64,000 nt of DNA from the human T2T-CHM13v2.0 reference genome, Homo sapiens, in NCBI RefSeq assembly GCF_009914755.1, contig NC_060941.1; one strand, written 5' to 3'. The position numbers were made by a program, and so were the translations under genes. Positions 15,161 through 30,841 of the stretch are shown here, piece by piece (the first letter of the stretch is position 1; each line of letters starts with the position of its first letter). The notes under the pieces were generated by a model, which worked only from the letters and a program-made list of their open reading frames with translations, was not told the origin of the DNA and searched no databases.

Positions 15161-16889
15161 AAGACAGGCGAAATAATCTCTCTCTTCCTCTAGGTAAAGC
15201 ATATTGTTGTTCCCATGGAAAAAAAGAATAACTGGGGTGGGGAGGGGGATGTTTGTGAACCTACACAGCCACATACAGCAACTATTTTCTACTGGTCTCC
15301 TCCTCCCACGGCAGTGTGGCGGGAAGGAGAGGCTGTGTCATCTCGCTGCTGAACCATGGCAAGACAGAACTTAATTATACGTGGCTGCAGTGTAGCCGCA
15401 ACATTGGATGAGCTCATCGGTTCTTACAGAAAATGACCCAGGGATTCTTGAAAGGTGACAACTATTTTTAAATACCTAGACTTTTAAAAATAAAACACTT
15501 TCCTCTCTCTTCTCTCGGCTTAAGGCAGATTGGCCCAAGGTCTAATTTACATCTGGGTCTATTGTGAGTCACATAGCTGATCTTTCTTCCCCCAGTTCTA
15601 TATTCTTAAAGTTTGTATGCACTTCCAAGCATACAGCTTATAAATAGTAATAGAAACATACCACTTGATTCCTGACATATATACCCAGGAGGTTTCATTT
15701 ATCCACTACTATACCCTTTATCCAGAGTCCCCAAGAAAAGACTGCAAAGGTCAGAGGCACGATGAGCCTGCCTTGACTTTGAGGGTGGTTGTTAGAAACT
15801 GCAGGGCAGTGAGAAGAAAGGGGAGCAGTCTCAGCTAGGTCTGGGACATCATCTGAGACACAGTGCAGGTCCCTTCTCCAGCCCAGTGGAGACTACTAAG
15901 CTATAGGACAAGGCCATTGGAGGTACTGGAACACCTTCCAAGGGACCTATGGGCACTGGGAAGGTTCGGGAGCAACAGTTTTGCTTCAGTACATATCCAT
16001 TCCTACATCTAATCTGCCTCAGGAGAAGCAGAGTCAGGAGTCTCCCTGGTTCTCTGTCCCTGTCACAAAAGCTCTACTTCCCACTTATGGTCACAAGTTG
16101 CCCTCAGGTGTAAAACATTCCTGGGTGACAAACAAAGGGACAATTCAAAAACTTAGTGATGGGTTCAGAAAGTATATCACTCTCATGACTAGTTACGAAT
16201 TCTTTTGCCAGTGAAGTGGTTTCTACTTTGTTTTCTACAAAATAGAAGGAAGACCTAGACAGTTGTCCTTTCATGAAATAATTTTTGACAATAGATGATC
16301 TTGTTATTTGGGGCATAAAACTCAGAAGGAGTTATATTTTAAATTGAGTAGCATTGACATAATAATACTGCTTTCTGTCTACTGATCTGTTTGAATGCAG
16401 TTTCAAAGCACCAACATCTACAAAAGTAAGGCATTGGGGTGGAATTGATACTGAAACACAGCTCAGTTTAGCAACAGTAGTTTAGAGATATATGTTACAA
16501 CACTTTGATAAGTAAATTCATGAATGTCTCATCCATCTTATTGAGAGGCATGTAAATAATACAATTTTGCCTTCGGAATTTATTAATAAAATAAATTTAT
16601 GTTTTTTAGATCAGAATATACTGAACATGAAAAATATTAAATTGTTGCACTTAGACCCTTACTTAAAGTCCTATTAAAGACTCCTGTTTAAAATTCTTTT
16701 TTTAGAATTAAATGTTTTTGAATTTTTTTATATACATATTTTTGTAGCAGAGAATTATGATAGGTTGTTCAATGGCAGATTTTCAAGCCTAAATATATAT
16801 TTCATTAAGATGAAATTCTGTGGTGGAAGTAGAATAAGAAAGTAAATTCAAAGAATGATGTAAAACTTTGACTACTAAGAAAAGCTGGG

Positions 16890-17174
16890 TTATTTATTTA
16901 TTTATTTATTTATTTTGAGACGGAGTCTCGCTGTCGCCCAGGCTGGAGTGCAGTGGCGCCATCTCGGTTCACTGCAAGCTCCGCCCCCCTGGTTCACGCC
17001 ATTCTCCTGCCTCAGCCTCCTGAGTAGCTGGGACTACAGGCGCCCGCCACCATGCCCGGCTAATTTTGTGTATTTTTAGTAGAGATGGGGTTTCACCGTG
17101 TTAGCCAGGATGGTCTCAATCTATTGACCTCGTGAGCAGCCCGCCTTGGCCTCCCAAAGTGCTGGGATTACAGG
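16890..17174 (-). mobile_element. AluY (first ~20 nt missing; TTTA tail)
   Basis: Y-type diagnostics TGCAAGCTCCGCC, TTCACGCCATTCTCC and GTGTTAGCCAGGATGG. Confidence 0.9.
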
Positions 17175-17354
17175 AGGTCCTTTATTTTTAATTGGATGGT
17201 GGTAGGTATCATTCACTATGCTATGTAGCTGAATACATTGAAAAGAATAATGTAACAGCTTTACTTTTAAATACCAATATTTCCAGAACATAGAAAATGA
17301 TTCCTCTGTAACGACTTAAACTTACAAAAAAATGTTTACATGTCAACTCTAAGA

Positions 17355-17600
17355 ACTGAAAGCATAGTTAGGAAGAATGAATAAGACCTAGTATTTGATG
17401 GCACAGTAGGGGGACTACAATCAATAATAATTTAATTATATATTTAAAACTAACTAAAAGAGAGTAATTGGATTGTTTGTAACACAAAGGATAAATGCTT
17501 AAGGAGATCTGTACCAAAATATCTCATGTGCCCCATAAATGTATGCACTTACTATGTATCCACAGAAATTTAAACAATGTAAACAAATTTTTAAAAGTAA
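17355..17600 (+). mobile_element. L1MA-type 3' UTR fragment
   Basis: AGAATGAATAAGACCTAGTATTTGAT…GGATTGTTTGTAACACAAAGGATAAATGCTT…CCCCATAAAT…TACTATGTATCCACA. Confidence 0.75.
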
Positions 17601-18026
17601 AAGAGAATGTGAAGCTTTGCAAAATTCTTAAGTTGACAAGAGCCCAAAACTTTGAAGACTGCAGTTCTCACGTACCCAGATAATGGTGACCTGGCTCTTC
17701 CTGTCCCTGCTGCTCCTGTTCCTGCCTCCCAAGGAACTTGGGTTCACATCCTAGCTTTCTACCTTGAGGCAACTGATTACCATTCTGTGACTTGATGGCA
17801 GCCCAGGAATATCCTATTCATGAAGAAGACACATTTTCACATTATACTAATTGGTCAATATCTTTCCACAAAAGGTAGAAATAATATGTGTGGTTGCGAG
17901 GCTGCTTTTCAAGGCATAACTTTGAGATAAGATAGGTGACAAAAATGTCGTGCAGGTCTTAGATAAAACAAGGGTAGTTCCTAGGAAACATGAGCTCCAT
18001 CTGGGGTAGCAGAAAAGATTACTCAG

Positions 18027-18326
<300 letters not shown>

Positions 18327-19176
18327 TTACTCAGGGGCAGGGAGAAGGTAGGTGGCACCCACCTGTGCTTGGGTGGGAACTAGAGCAGAGAGAGAAGAGA
18401 CAGAGGTGTTCACAACGCCTATGTGTCCCTCCTCCACCCACACTCAGGGGCTCCAGCACCTGCAGAGAAGCCTGCCCTCTCCCCAGTGTCACCATGGGTC
18501 AGGACTCCCTTTTGACCTGTAAGGACAACTGCATGTCCATCACCATAAGATCCTTGTCCAACTTGAAGGGAAACAAACATGGGTCCAGGACAAAACTTCA
18601 TGCCTGAAACTGGGCAGGAGTATGCCACAAAGTTGTAAACCCCTGCCAAAAAGTGGATATTAGAGCGAATGCAACCGGCTGGCAGCAGACCCATCCCAAT
18701 GTTGAGAAAGGAGCTGGAAGTATCAGGCAGGAGTCCCTGAGCCTCGTGAGGTCAGGGAGGGGCCTTCATTTACCAAAATAGGCCACCAAAAGCAGAAGCT
18801 GGAGATGCTGGAGGAAAACTTTGTCAGCTGGATTGCTGAGGCCTGGCCCTCTGTGTTCTCAACTGGGTTGAAGAAAGTAGAAATTGTACAGACTGGTGGC
18901 TTAGGTCATGCACTGAGTCACAAGTATACTATATTATGAAATATTTGCTCTTCTTACACAGCACATGGGCATACATACCTGTTCATAGTCCACACATGGA
19001 TTCTGAAGAATTTCACTTTCATGTAGCTGCCTTCATGATTAGAAAACTTTGTTCACAAGTAACTTAGTAATCAAAGCATCAGAAAATTTAGAAATAATGA
19101 TATTAATACAAATAATAGTACAGATATTCCCTGACTGTGGTAGATACCCCTTGGGATACCTGCGTAGGCCCTGATT

Positions 19177-19502
19177 ATTTTTATTTATTTATTTATTTTT
19201 TTTTTGAGACAGAGTCTCACACTGTCTCCCAGGCTGGAGTGCAGTGGCACAATCTCGGCTCACTGCAACCTCCGCCTTCCAGGTTCAAGCAATTCTTCCG
19301 CCTCAACCTCCTGAGAACAGGCACCCACCACCACGCCCAGCTAATTGTTTTTCTTTTTTTTCTTTTTTTTTTTTTTGTATTTTTAGTAGAGACAGAGTTT
19401 CACTATGTTGGCCAGGCTCATCTCGAATGCCTGACCTTGTGATCCACCAGCCTCGGCCTCCCAAAGTGCTGGGATGACAGGCATGAGCCACTGCGCCCAG
19501 CC
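19177..19502 (-). mobile_element. AluS (Sg-like)
   Basis: Dimer with expanded middle A-rich linker; TSD TAGG(C/T)CCTGATT. Confidence 0.9.
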
Positions 19503-19577
19503 TAGGTCCTGATTTTTAAAGCAACTCCCCTGTTCTGCCTTCAATAATGGAACCATGCCCAGCCCCATGGCCACATT

Positions 19578-20036
<459 letters not shown>

Positions 20037-20392
20037 TGACAACATGGCATCACTGTTCTAGATTTAGCTCATTAGATTCAGGGTGAGCGGGACTTGAAGA
20101 AAATTGTGCCAACCACAGTCTTCATTGAGAATCTTAACTAAGAAACAATAACGGCAAGGGAAATGAGATCACATTCGTGGCACACCTCCAGAGGGAAGGT
20201 TTGAAAAGTTCTGCTAGGCCCTCAGTTGCCATACTTGCTGGGATGTCTTACAATAATATGCTTATTTGGACAAACATTCTGTTTCAAATGACAGAATGTT
20301 TGGAGCAGCTTGGATTTTTGGTAAATCATAAATGTGTTAGAGTATCTGTGTGCACAAACACATATAACACGTAAAATCTGTGTGTGTGTGTC

Positions 20393-21557
<1,165 letters not shown>

Positions 21558-21682
21558 TGACCTAGGAAATATCAGAGGCTCAGAGTTTGCATATATTGAG
21601 GCAGAGGGCACTTTGCCTGCTTTTCTGCTCAAGTGTGTTTGCTTGGCTACAAATAATATTTAAGAACATGTTTTTGAATTAA

Positions 21683-21995
<313 letters not shown>

Positions 21996-22419
21996 AATAT
22001 TAGCTAATATTAATGAGTAATATATTTAGTACAGTTGCCTCAGTGTCGGCTAGCTTCATTGGCGGGGGGGCTCTGGATGCCACAGAATAGTCATTTCAGG
22101 ACTTCAAGGAAGATGATAATGAGAACATTTTGATAATTAGAACATTTTTTCTCAACTTAGTTCTATCTCACAATAGCAGCACACATAGGCAACCCTCTAT
22201 TTAGTGTCAATGATTATTCACACAATAGAAAGAATAATAGACTTTTAGATCTGGAAAGGAGGCCAAGTGGCTTTATTTTTATTAATGTTTTATCCTGGCA
22301 TGACTATTTTGTTCCCCAGGAAGTGAAAAGTATACATGCTTGCACTTTTATTTTCTGGGAAAGATTAATCTCTGACCTCTTCCTCTTGTTCCACAAAGCA
22401 AAGAATATTAGAAATCAAA

Positions 22420-22570
22420 GGAAACTAAAAATCATCCAGTTCAATCCCATTTCTTTCCAAATGAGGAAACCCAAGTAAAGCTTAGAGACGTTCAACAAGT
22501 TGCTTAAAACCACACAATTGGAAGAATCTAGACCCGAACCCAGGTACTCTGACTCCAGGGTGGAACATTC
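22420..22570 (-). mobile_element. MIR SINE
   Basis: AAATGAGGAAAC…AAGTTGCTTAAAACCACACA…GAACCCAGGTACTCTGACTCCAG. Confidence 0.65.
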
Positions 22571-23152
22571 CCAGCCCAATCTAATGTGGCTTTCGTGGAG
22601 CACGCGTGAGCTTCACTTGTTGGTATCAAGACTGTGTGGGAGTTCATCATCTTCACACCTGGGGATGGACATCTAGGCTTTGCTCTGAACTTTCAGATTT
22701 ATCAATGTGTGGACAAGCTTCTTGAAGAAATCCTCCACAAAAAGAGGTCCCAATGCAAACTAGATGCAGATCTAGCTGGAAATGACAGGAGGATGAAGTG
22801 TCGGCTCACTTTGAAATAAACTTCAGGGTAATAAGGAAATACCAGGTGACCTCAGACTTGAACCACACAAAACACAACACTGAGTAGAGTAAACTGTGTT
22901 TAAAGAGCACTTAGAGGGTGCCTTGTCTTGAATAACCTGGCTATGTGACTTTTTAATTCTTTTTAAATTTAAACTTAGCACATGTCTGTATCCTCCTTGT
23001 AGCAAGTCAAGTGACACATCAGCTCGTGGAAGAAAATCTAACAACTTTCTCATTACTCCCCCTCCTTTCTCACCCCCTTCCTCAAAGGTGAGCACCATTA
23101 ACAGTCTGTTTTCTCTTTCTGTCATTCTAATGGACTTTTAAAATGATATTCT

Positions 23153-23411
23153 GGCCAGGCACGGTCAGAGGCCGAGGCAGGTGGATCACGAGGTCAGGAG
23201 ATCGAGACCATCCTGGCTAATGCAGTGAAGCCCCGTCTCTACTAAAAATACAAAAAATTAGCTGGGCGTGGTGGCAGGTGCCTGTAGTCCCAGCTACTCT
23301 GGAGGCTGAGACACGAGAATGGTGTGAACTCAGGAAGTGGAGCTTGCAGTGAGCCGAGATCGTGCCACTGCACTCCAGCCTGGGCGACAGAGCAAGACTC
23401 TACCTCAAAAA
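23153..23411 (+). mobile_element. AluY with an internal deletion in the left monomer
   Basis: GGCCAGGCACGGT joins (CA)GAGGCCGAGG; the GCTCACGCCTGTAATCCCAGCACTTTG segment is absent. Confidence 0.85.
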
Positions 23412-23419
23412 GAAATGTG

Positions 23420-24165
23420 CATAGTACAAAATCCAAAATGTAGCTGTCTCCCTGCCCACTATCCACCCAGTTTGAATGGAGAAGGCAATTTTTTTTATCA
23501 GTTCTTTTAAGTCTTTCCAGAGATAGCCTGATAAGTATTTATTTATTTACATATTTCACACAATTATTAGTGTTCTCTACATACTACTCCGAATCTTTCT
23601 TTATTCTCACACAGACTGATAGTCTTTTCCCATTGAAGTGTATAAAGCAGCCTCATTCTTTTTATTGGTGTCATAATTTATTTAACCTGCCATGTTGAAA
23701 GATATTTAGATTGTTTTCAAACTTTAAAATTACGTTACAAATCTACGTAAACATTTGTAGAGTAAGTTTCTGGAAGTAGAATTTCTGTATCACGGGAGTG
23801 TGCATTCATAATGTTGATATCTATTCTGTTTCCCCCCTAAAGACACTGTTTCAGTTTGATTTCCCTCTAGGATTTCCTGGTCCTGCCTGCACCTGCCGCT
23901 CCCTCCAAATTTGTTAACAATATAATTGGGATTGAAATAAATGTATGTTTCCCCACCCGTGACCAACATTATGTGTCATTCAACTTTTGGAATTTTGGCA
24001 ATATGATAGGTAGTTGCATTTATTATTCTCTTATAATTAATGAGCTTGAGTATATTAAAGCCTATTTCTATTTTCTTTTATCAATTGTCTGTTCATATCC
24101 TTTGTCTGCTTTTCTGCTGAGTTGCTGGTCTTTTGTTGTTGTTTGTTTGTTTGTCATTCTTTATA
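23420..24165 (-). mobile_element. Highly diverged L1M (L1ME-like) fragments
   Basis: T-rich tracts such as CCTCATTCTTTT, GATATTTAGATTGTTTTCAA and TGTCTGTTCATATCCTTTG are typical of antisense old L1 3' regions. Boundaries approximate. Confidence 0.55.
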
Positions 24166-24372
24166 CCAGCGTTTCCCACCCAGTGAGCCACAGAGTTGCA
24201 AATGGGTACTGACCTCTGGCCCCAGGGTGACCAGTGGGACTGAGCCAGCCTGAGAAGCCCATATTCTGTGTGTGCCACAATCTGGAAACATTTAGCCCCA
24301 AGTCTGTGCACTGAACCAATATGCATGCATCCTCTTAGGTGTGAGGGTGGATTTAATATATTTTATCATCTG

Positions 24373-24696
24373 CAGTGGTCCTCAACCTTTTTGGCATGAG
24401 GGACCAGTTTCCTGGAAGACAATTTTTCCACGAATGGGGAGTGGGGGGGATGTGATGCTTTGGGAATGGAAGTGTTCCAACTCAGATCATCAGCATTATA
24501 TTCTCATCAGGAGCATGCAACCCAGATCCCTTGCATGCAAGGTTCCCAATAGGGTTCGCCCTCCTTTGGGAATCTAATGGCGCTGCTGATCTCAGGTGGT
24601 AATGCTCGCTCGCCCACCACTCACCTCCTGCTCTGAGGCCTGGTTCCTAACAGGCTGCAGACCGGTACCCCCACAACCAGGGGTTGGGGTCCCCCG
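24373..24696 (+). mobile_element. MER1B (hAT-Charlie)
   Basis: CAGTGGTCCTCAACCTTTTTGGCA…GGAAGACAATTTTTCCAC…CTCAGATCATCAG…GGGGTTGGGGTCCCC. Confidence 0.85.
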
Positions 24697-24821
24697 ATAG
24701 AGTAAGTATTCACCAATTCCCATTTTCCTAAGAGTTTTCAGCAAGATTACATATTGAATATTTCAAATGTCTTTTTAGCATACACATTTGATTTTTAACT
24801 TTTATTTGGTTAATAAGGTGA

Positions 24822-25210
<389 letters not shown>

Positions 25211-26338
25211 TAATAATGAAAAGCAGTTCCTTTACCCATCTCTTTTCACCTCCCAGTTCTACCTGTTAATTAATGGGCCAATTTTGTGTGATTTGTTGAT
25301 GTCCTGCAATAGTAACTGATGATATTTGCATCTTACATCTTCAGGACCACTCTCCCATCCATGAATTCTTACTGTAGAATTTTATTACCAAGAAATTTAT
25401 TATACATTAATCGATGTTTACATGATTTCAATTAAGCAAATATTGTTCACTGCAAAGCCAAGTAGTAGTTTTAATATATTAAAATATTTAAACTTGCATA
25501 TTTTTACTTGCTTATTTTTTCTTCACATAATTTCCTTATATGACTCTGTTCCATTTTGTTCACATCTGCTGCACGCCTGCGAGCCATGTGTTCCATATGC
25601 TCAATGTATCGGATCATCTGTGAATTCCATTTTTGTCCCCCCAAGTTCTCAAGACTGGCTGCTCATTAGGACTCTACACAGATTACATCCAGGGATTTCC
25701 ATTTGCCTTTTTTTTTTTCTCTCTATTAAATACCCTGTTTCTTGGCTCCCTTGCCTTCTTAATGTTTGTTGTTTTTCTCCCATTTTAGTGGAATAAATCC
25801 TTATAGCAGCCTATGCAAAGGTTTGTGGTCAGTAAAATTTGCGATTTCCTGTAGAATCATCCATTGCTTAACGACAGGGATAGGTTCTGAGAAATGTGTC
25901 GCTGGGTGATTTCGTCCTTGTGAGAACATCTCAGAGTGACATACACAAACCTAGATGGTACAGCCTGCTACACCCCTGGGCTATATGGTCTAGTCTATTG
26001 CTCCCAGGCCACAAACCTGTATAGCAGGTGATCATACTGAATACTGCAGGCAATTGTCACACAATGGTAAGCATTTTTGTATCTAAACATATCTAAAAAC
26101 AGAAACTGTACGGTAAAAATTGGTATAAAAGATTTCAAATGGTATACCTGTACAGGGCACTTACTATGAATGGAGCCTACAGGACTGGAAATTGCTCTGG
26201 GTAAGTTGATGAGTGAGTGGTGGGTCAACGTGAAGCCCTAGAACATTGGTGTACATGACTGCAGACTTTATAAACACTCTACACTTCGGCTACACTAAAT
26301 TCATTCAAACAATTTTTTTCTTCAATAATAAATTAACC

Positions 26339-26732
<394 letters not shown>

Positions 26733-26775
26733 CTAAAAACACAAACACATTGTACAGCTATATAAAAATATTCTT

Positions 26776-27072
<297 letters not shown>

Positions 27073-27975
27073 TTCTCTATCTTTATATCCTTATTTTATA
27101 AGCTATTTTCCATTTTTAATTTTTTACTTTTTAAACTTGTTTGTAAAAACTAAGATACAAACACACACATTAGCCTAGGCCTACACAGGGTCAGGATCAT
27201 CAATATCATTGTTCTCCATATCCATGTCTTATCCCACTAGAAGGTCCTCAGGGGCACTAACACACAGGGAGCTGTCATCTCCTATGATAACAATGTCTTC
27301 TTCTGGAACACTTCCTGCAGGACCTGCCTGAAGCTCTTTTGGAGGAAGTGTCACTCTTTTCATAAATATGTTCATAGTGATTTGCCTGGTTTACTTTTTT
27401 ATCATAGGTTTGCATGAGTAATGTGTTGTGCTATGACATTACAAAGACTATGATGCCATTAGGTAATACGAACTTTTCACCTCGATTATAATCCTATGGG
27501 ACCTCTGTTATATGCAGGTTCATTGTTGACTGGAATGTGTTTATGTGGCAAATAATTGTATATCTAAAAATGTCATTATTCTTCACTTATACACTTGATT
27601 AGCTATTTGTCTCATTATTAAATTCTAGTTTGAAAATATTTTTCCTTCTGCCTTCCAAGGTTGTGTGAAACCACACTGATTCCTAATTCTTTCTTTATGA
27701 GACCCGGTTTCCCTCTTTCATCTTTCAGTGTCTTTTCTTAATTCCTATTGTTCTGAAATTTCATAAAAGATAGACTTGTCATGAGCTTGTTGTTGTTGTT
27801 TTTATTTGTTCATTTTGTTTGTTTTACTTGTAATAGTTTTTGATCCTTGCTTATCTCTTATTACCTGGACTGTCATGTCCTTCAGTTCTAGAAAGTCTTC
27901 TTGTACCATGTCTCAGATAATTTCCTCCTCTTCATTTCCTCTGGATCTCCTATTAGATGAATTTTGTTTTTTTTA

Positions 27976-28286
<311 letters not shown>

Positions 28287-29779
28287 GAAAACATATATAT
28301 ACACACACACACACACACACATACATATACATATATAAATGTTCTTATTGTTTCTCTACGATTTTCCATATCTTTGCATGACATCTTTACATTTTGGAAG
28401 ATTTTCTCAATTGTATTTCCCAGTCTTCCTCTAATGTTTATTCTGCTGTGCTACTTCAAATTTCCAAGAGCTTTTATTGTTGTCTGATTTTTTTTTTCTG
28501 AGAATGAGGTTCTTATTGTATGAATGCAATGTCACCTCTCACCTCTTTGGAGACATCAGTGCTACAGTATTTTTGAAGGTTTCTCGTCTGCCCTGCATAA
28601 TTTCTTACCTGGTTTCTTATGTTTGTTTTGGACCCTTCCCCCAAATGTCTGATGAAAGTTGACTGCCCATGTATGTTTCAGAGTCTTAGGGGCACTAAGA
28701 AGATGACTGCAGGCTCAAAGTACACAGCCAAGACTTGTCAAGCAGCAGCTGCCACACTTGGGCACCTCCAGGTTTCAATGAATGGAGCTATTTTCTCTGG
28801 GTCAGAATTTTCCAAATCACGTCCTTGTGTGTGGCTGGGGGCATACTGTGAGCAGAGCCAGGGAAGAGAGCAGAAGGATGCAGAGCTTCATTTCATACCC
28901 ATTTTCATCCCTGTACCACACCACCTCATTGTGCCTAAAATGTTCAAGACCAGAACTCCTTCTATCTAATCTGTCTGTAATATAAACCTGCAACTTTATA
29001 CATGGAGCAGAGGTCAGGCTAGATCAATCTGGAGACCCCCAACTCTGGATGAAGTCTGTGCTCCTGTAGCCTTTTTGCAGCCCCCAGCTTGCCTCCCACT
29101 TTCTGTGGGACCTGATGCTTTCAAGACCAGACTCTCCAAAGAGTTTTATGGACTCTATGAATGAAGTCACCTGTTTTCTTCCAGTATCCCCTACTCAACT
29201 AATTTTAGAATGCAGTTTTTGCCTCTTTGCTAAGTCAGTTCTTCTCTCCCACCTGTTTTCCATATTCCAGAAATTGGTTTAAATCTCTCACACACTGGTG
29301 GCTCCTGTCTTGTCTTCTGAGCCCTCCTGGGAGGACTCAGAACCTTTTGTGTTTCTATAACGTTACGTTAGAGTGGTCTTGGGTGGAGAGTGGGGAAAAG
29401 AAAAAATGATACACATAGATATTTGATCTGCCATGTTTTAACAGGTGTTTTCTTTTCCTTCTGCTCTTGTCCAGTTTCAAAGTTATGCCTGTGGTATGAA
29501 TTGAGAACGTTTGCATTTTTTCTATGCTCTGGGAGAGTTAATATCACATAGTCTCTGGTAGAATGTGTCCAGAAAAGGATCCAGGCCTTCTATCTTTTTA
29601 AGGGTTAGATTTTTGACTGCCTTTTCAATTTTTCTGTGGTTATTGTTTTATTTAAGTTTTCTACCTCTCCCCAGACCATCTCAAATTTTGGTATTTGGAG
29701 CTCCTGAATCTATACATATCTTACTTTTTATTTTATTCTTTCAATGGTTTGTTCTATAGCATAAAAATCAGGGAATGGC

Positions 29780-30250
29780 ATCAATAGTCACAAGGTAGAA
29801 ACAACCCAAGTATCCACTGACAGACGAATGGATAAACAAGGTGTGGTATTTCAGACAAGGCAATATTATTCAGCCTTAGAAAGAAAGGAAATTCTGACAC
29901 ATGCTACAATATGGCTGAACCTTGAGAGCATAATGCAGAGTGAAATAAGCCAGCCACAAAAGGACAAATGCTGAATGATTCCACTTACATAAGAGACCTA
30001 GAATAGTTAAATTCATAGAGATAGAAAGTAGAATGGTGGTTGCCAGAGGCTGGGTTGAGTTGCGGTGGGAGGTTTTTTAACGGGTACAGAGTCTGGGATT
30101 TGCAAGATAGGAAGAGTTCTCTGGATGGATGGTGGTGATGGTCACACAACAATATGAATGTACTTAATGCCCCTGAACTGTACACTTAAAAATAATTAAG
30201 ATGGTAATGTATTTTACAACAAATTAAACTTGTTTAATTTTAAATTTAAG
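29780..30250 (+). mobile_element. L1MB-type 3' end
   Basis: AAGGAAATTCTGACACATGCTACAA…GATGGATGGTGGTGATGGTCACACAACAATATGAATGTACTTAATGCC. Confidence 0.85.
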
Positions 30251-30523
30251 AAAAAATTAGGAAGACTTTCTTGGCTTGGACGTTTAGCCCACTGATTTAG
30301 TTTTCACATTTGGTTATTTGCTCACTATGCTGAAGTTTTTTAAAAGTCACTTATTTTAAATTTGTAAAGTTTCTACTTGATTCTTGTTTTATACCAACTA
30401 TTCTTATTTTGTGGCGATTCCCCCCAAGTAACCTATCATAAGATGTTAATAATCTTTAAAGTATTTGGTCATTTTCACTATTTCCTTAGAAGATAATTTC
30501 CTTCTCTGCCTTATTAAGCTTAG

Positions 30524-30841
<318 letters not shown>

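Larger units (their letters stand above)
16210..17665 (+). mobile_element. hAT-Charlie transposon 3' portion (interrupted by AluY and an L1MA 3' fragment)
   Basis: 16375-16485 translates LSTDLFECSFKAPTSTKVRHWGGIDTETQLSLATVV, resembling the hAT C-terminal dimerisation motif. HPSY* at 16530-16544 resembles the Charlie-type HPSH* end. Terminus-like AAACTTTGAAGACTGCAG at about 17650. Left boundary approximate. Confidence 0.6.
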
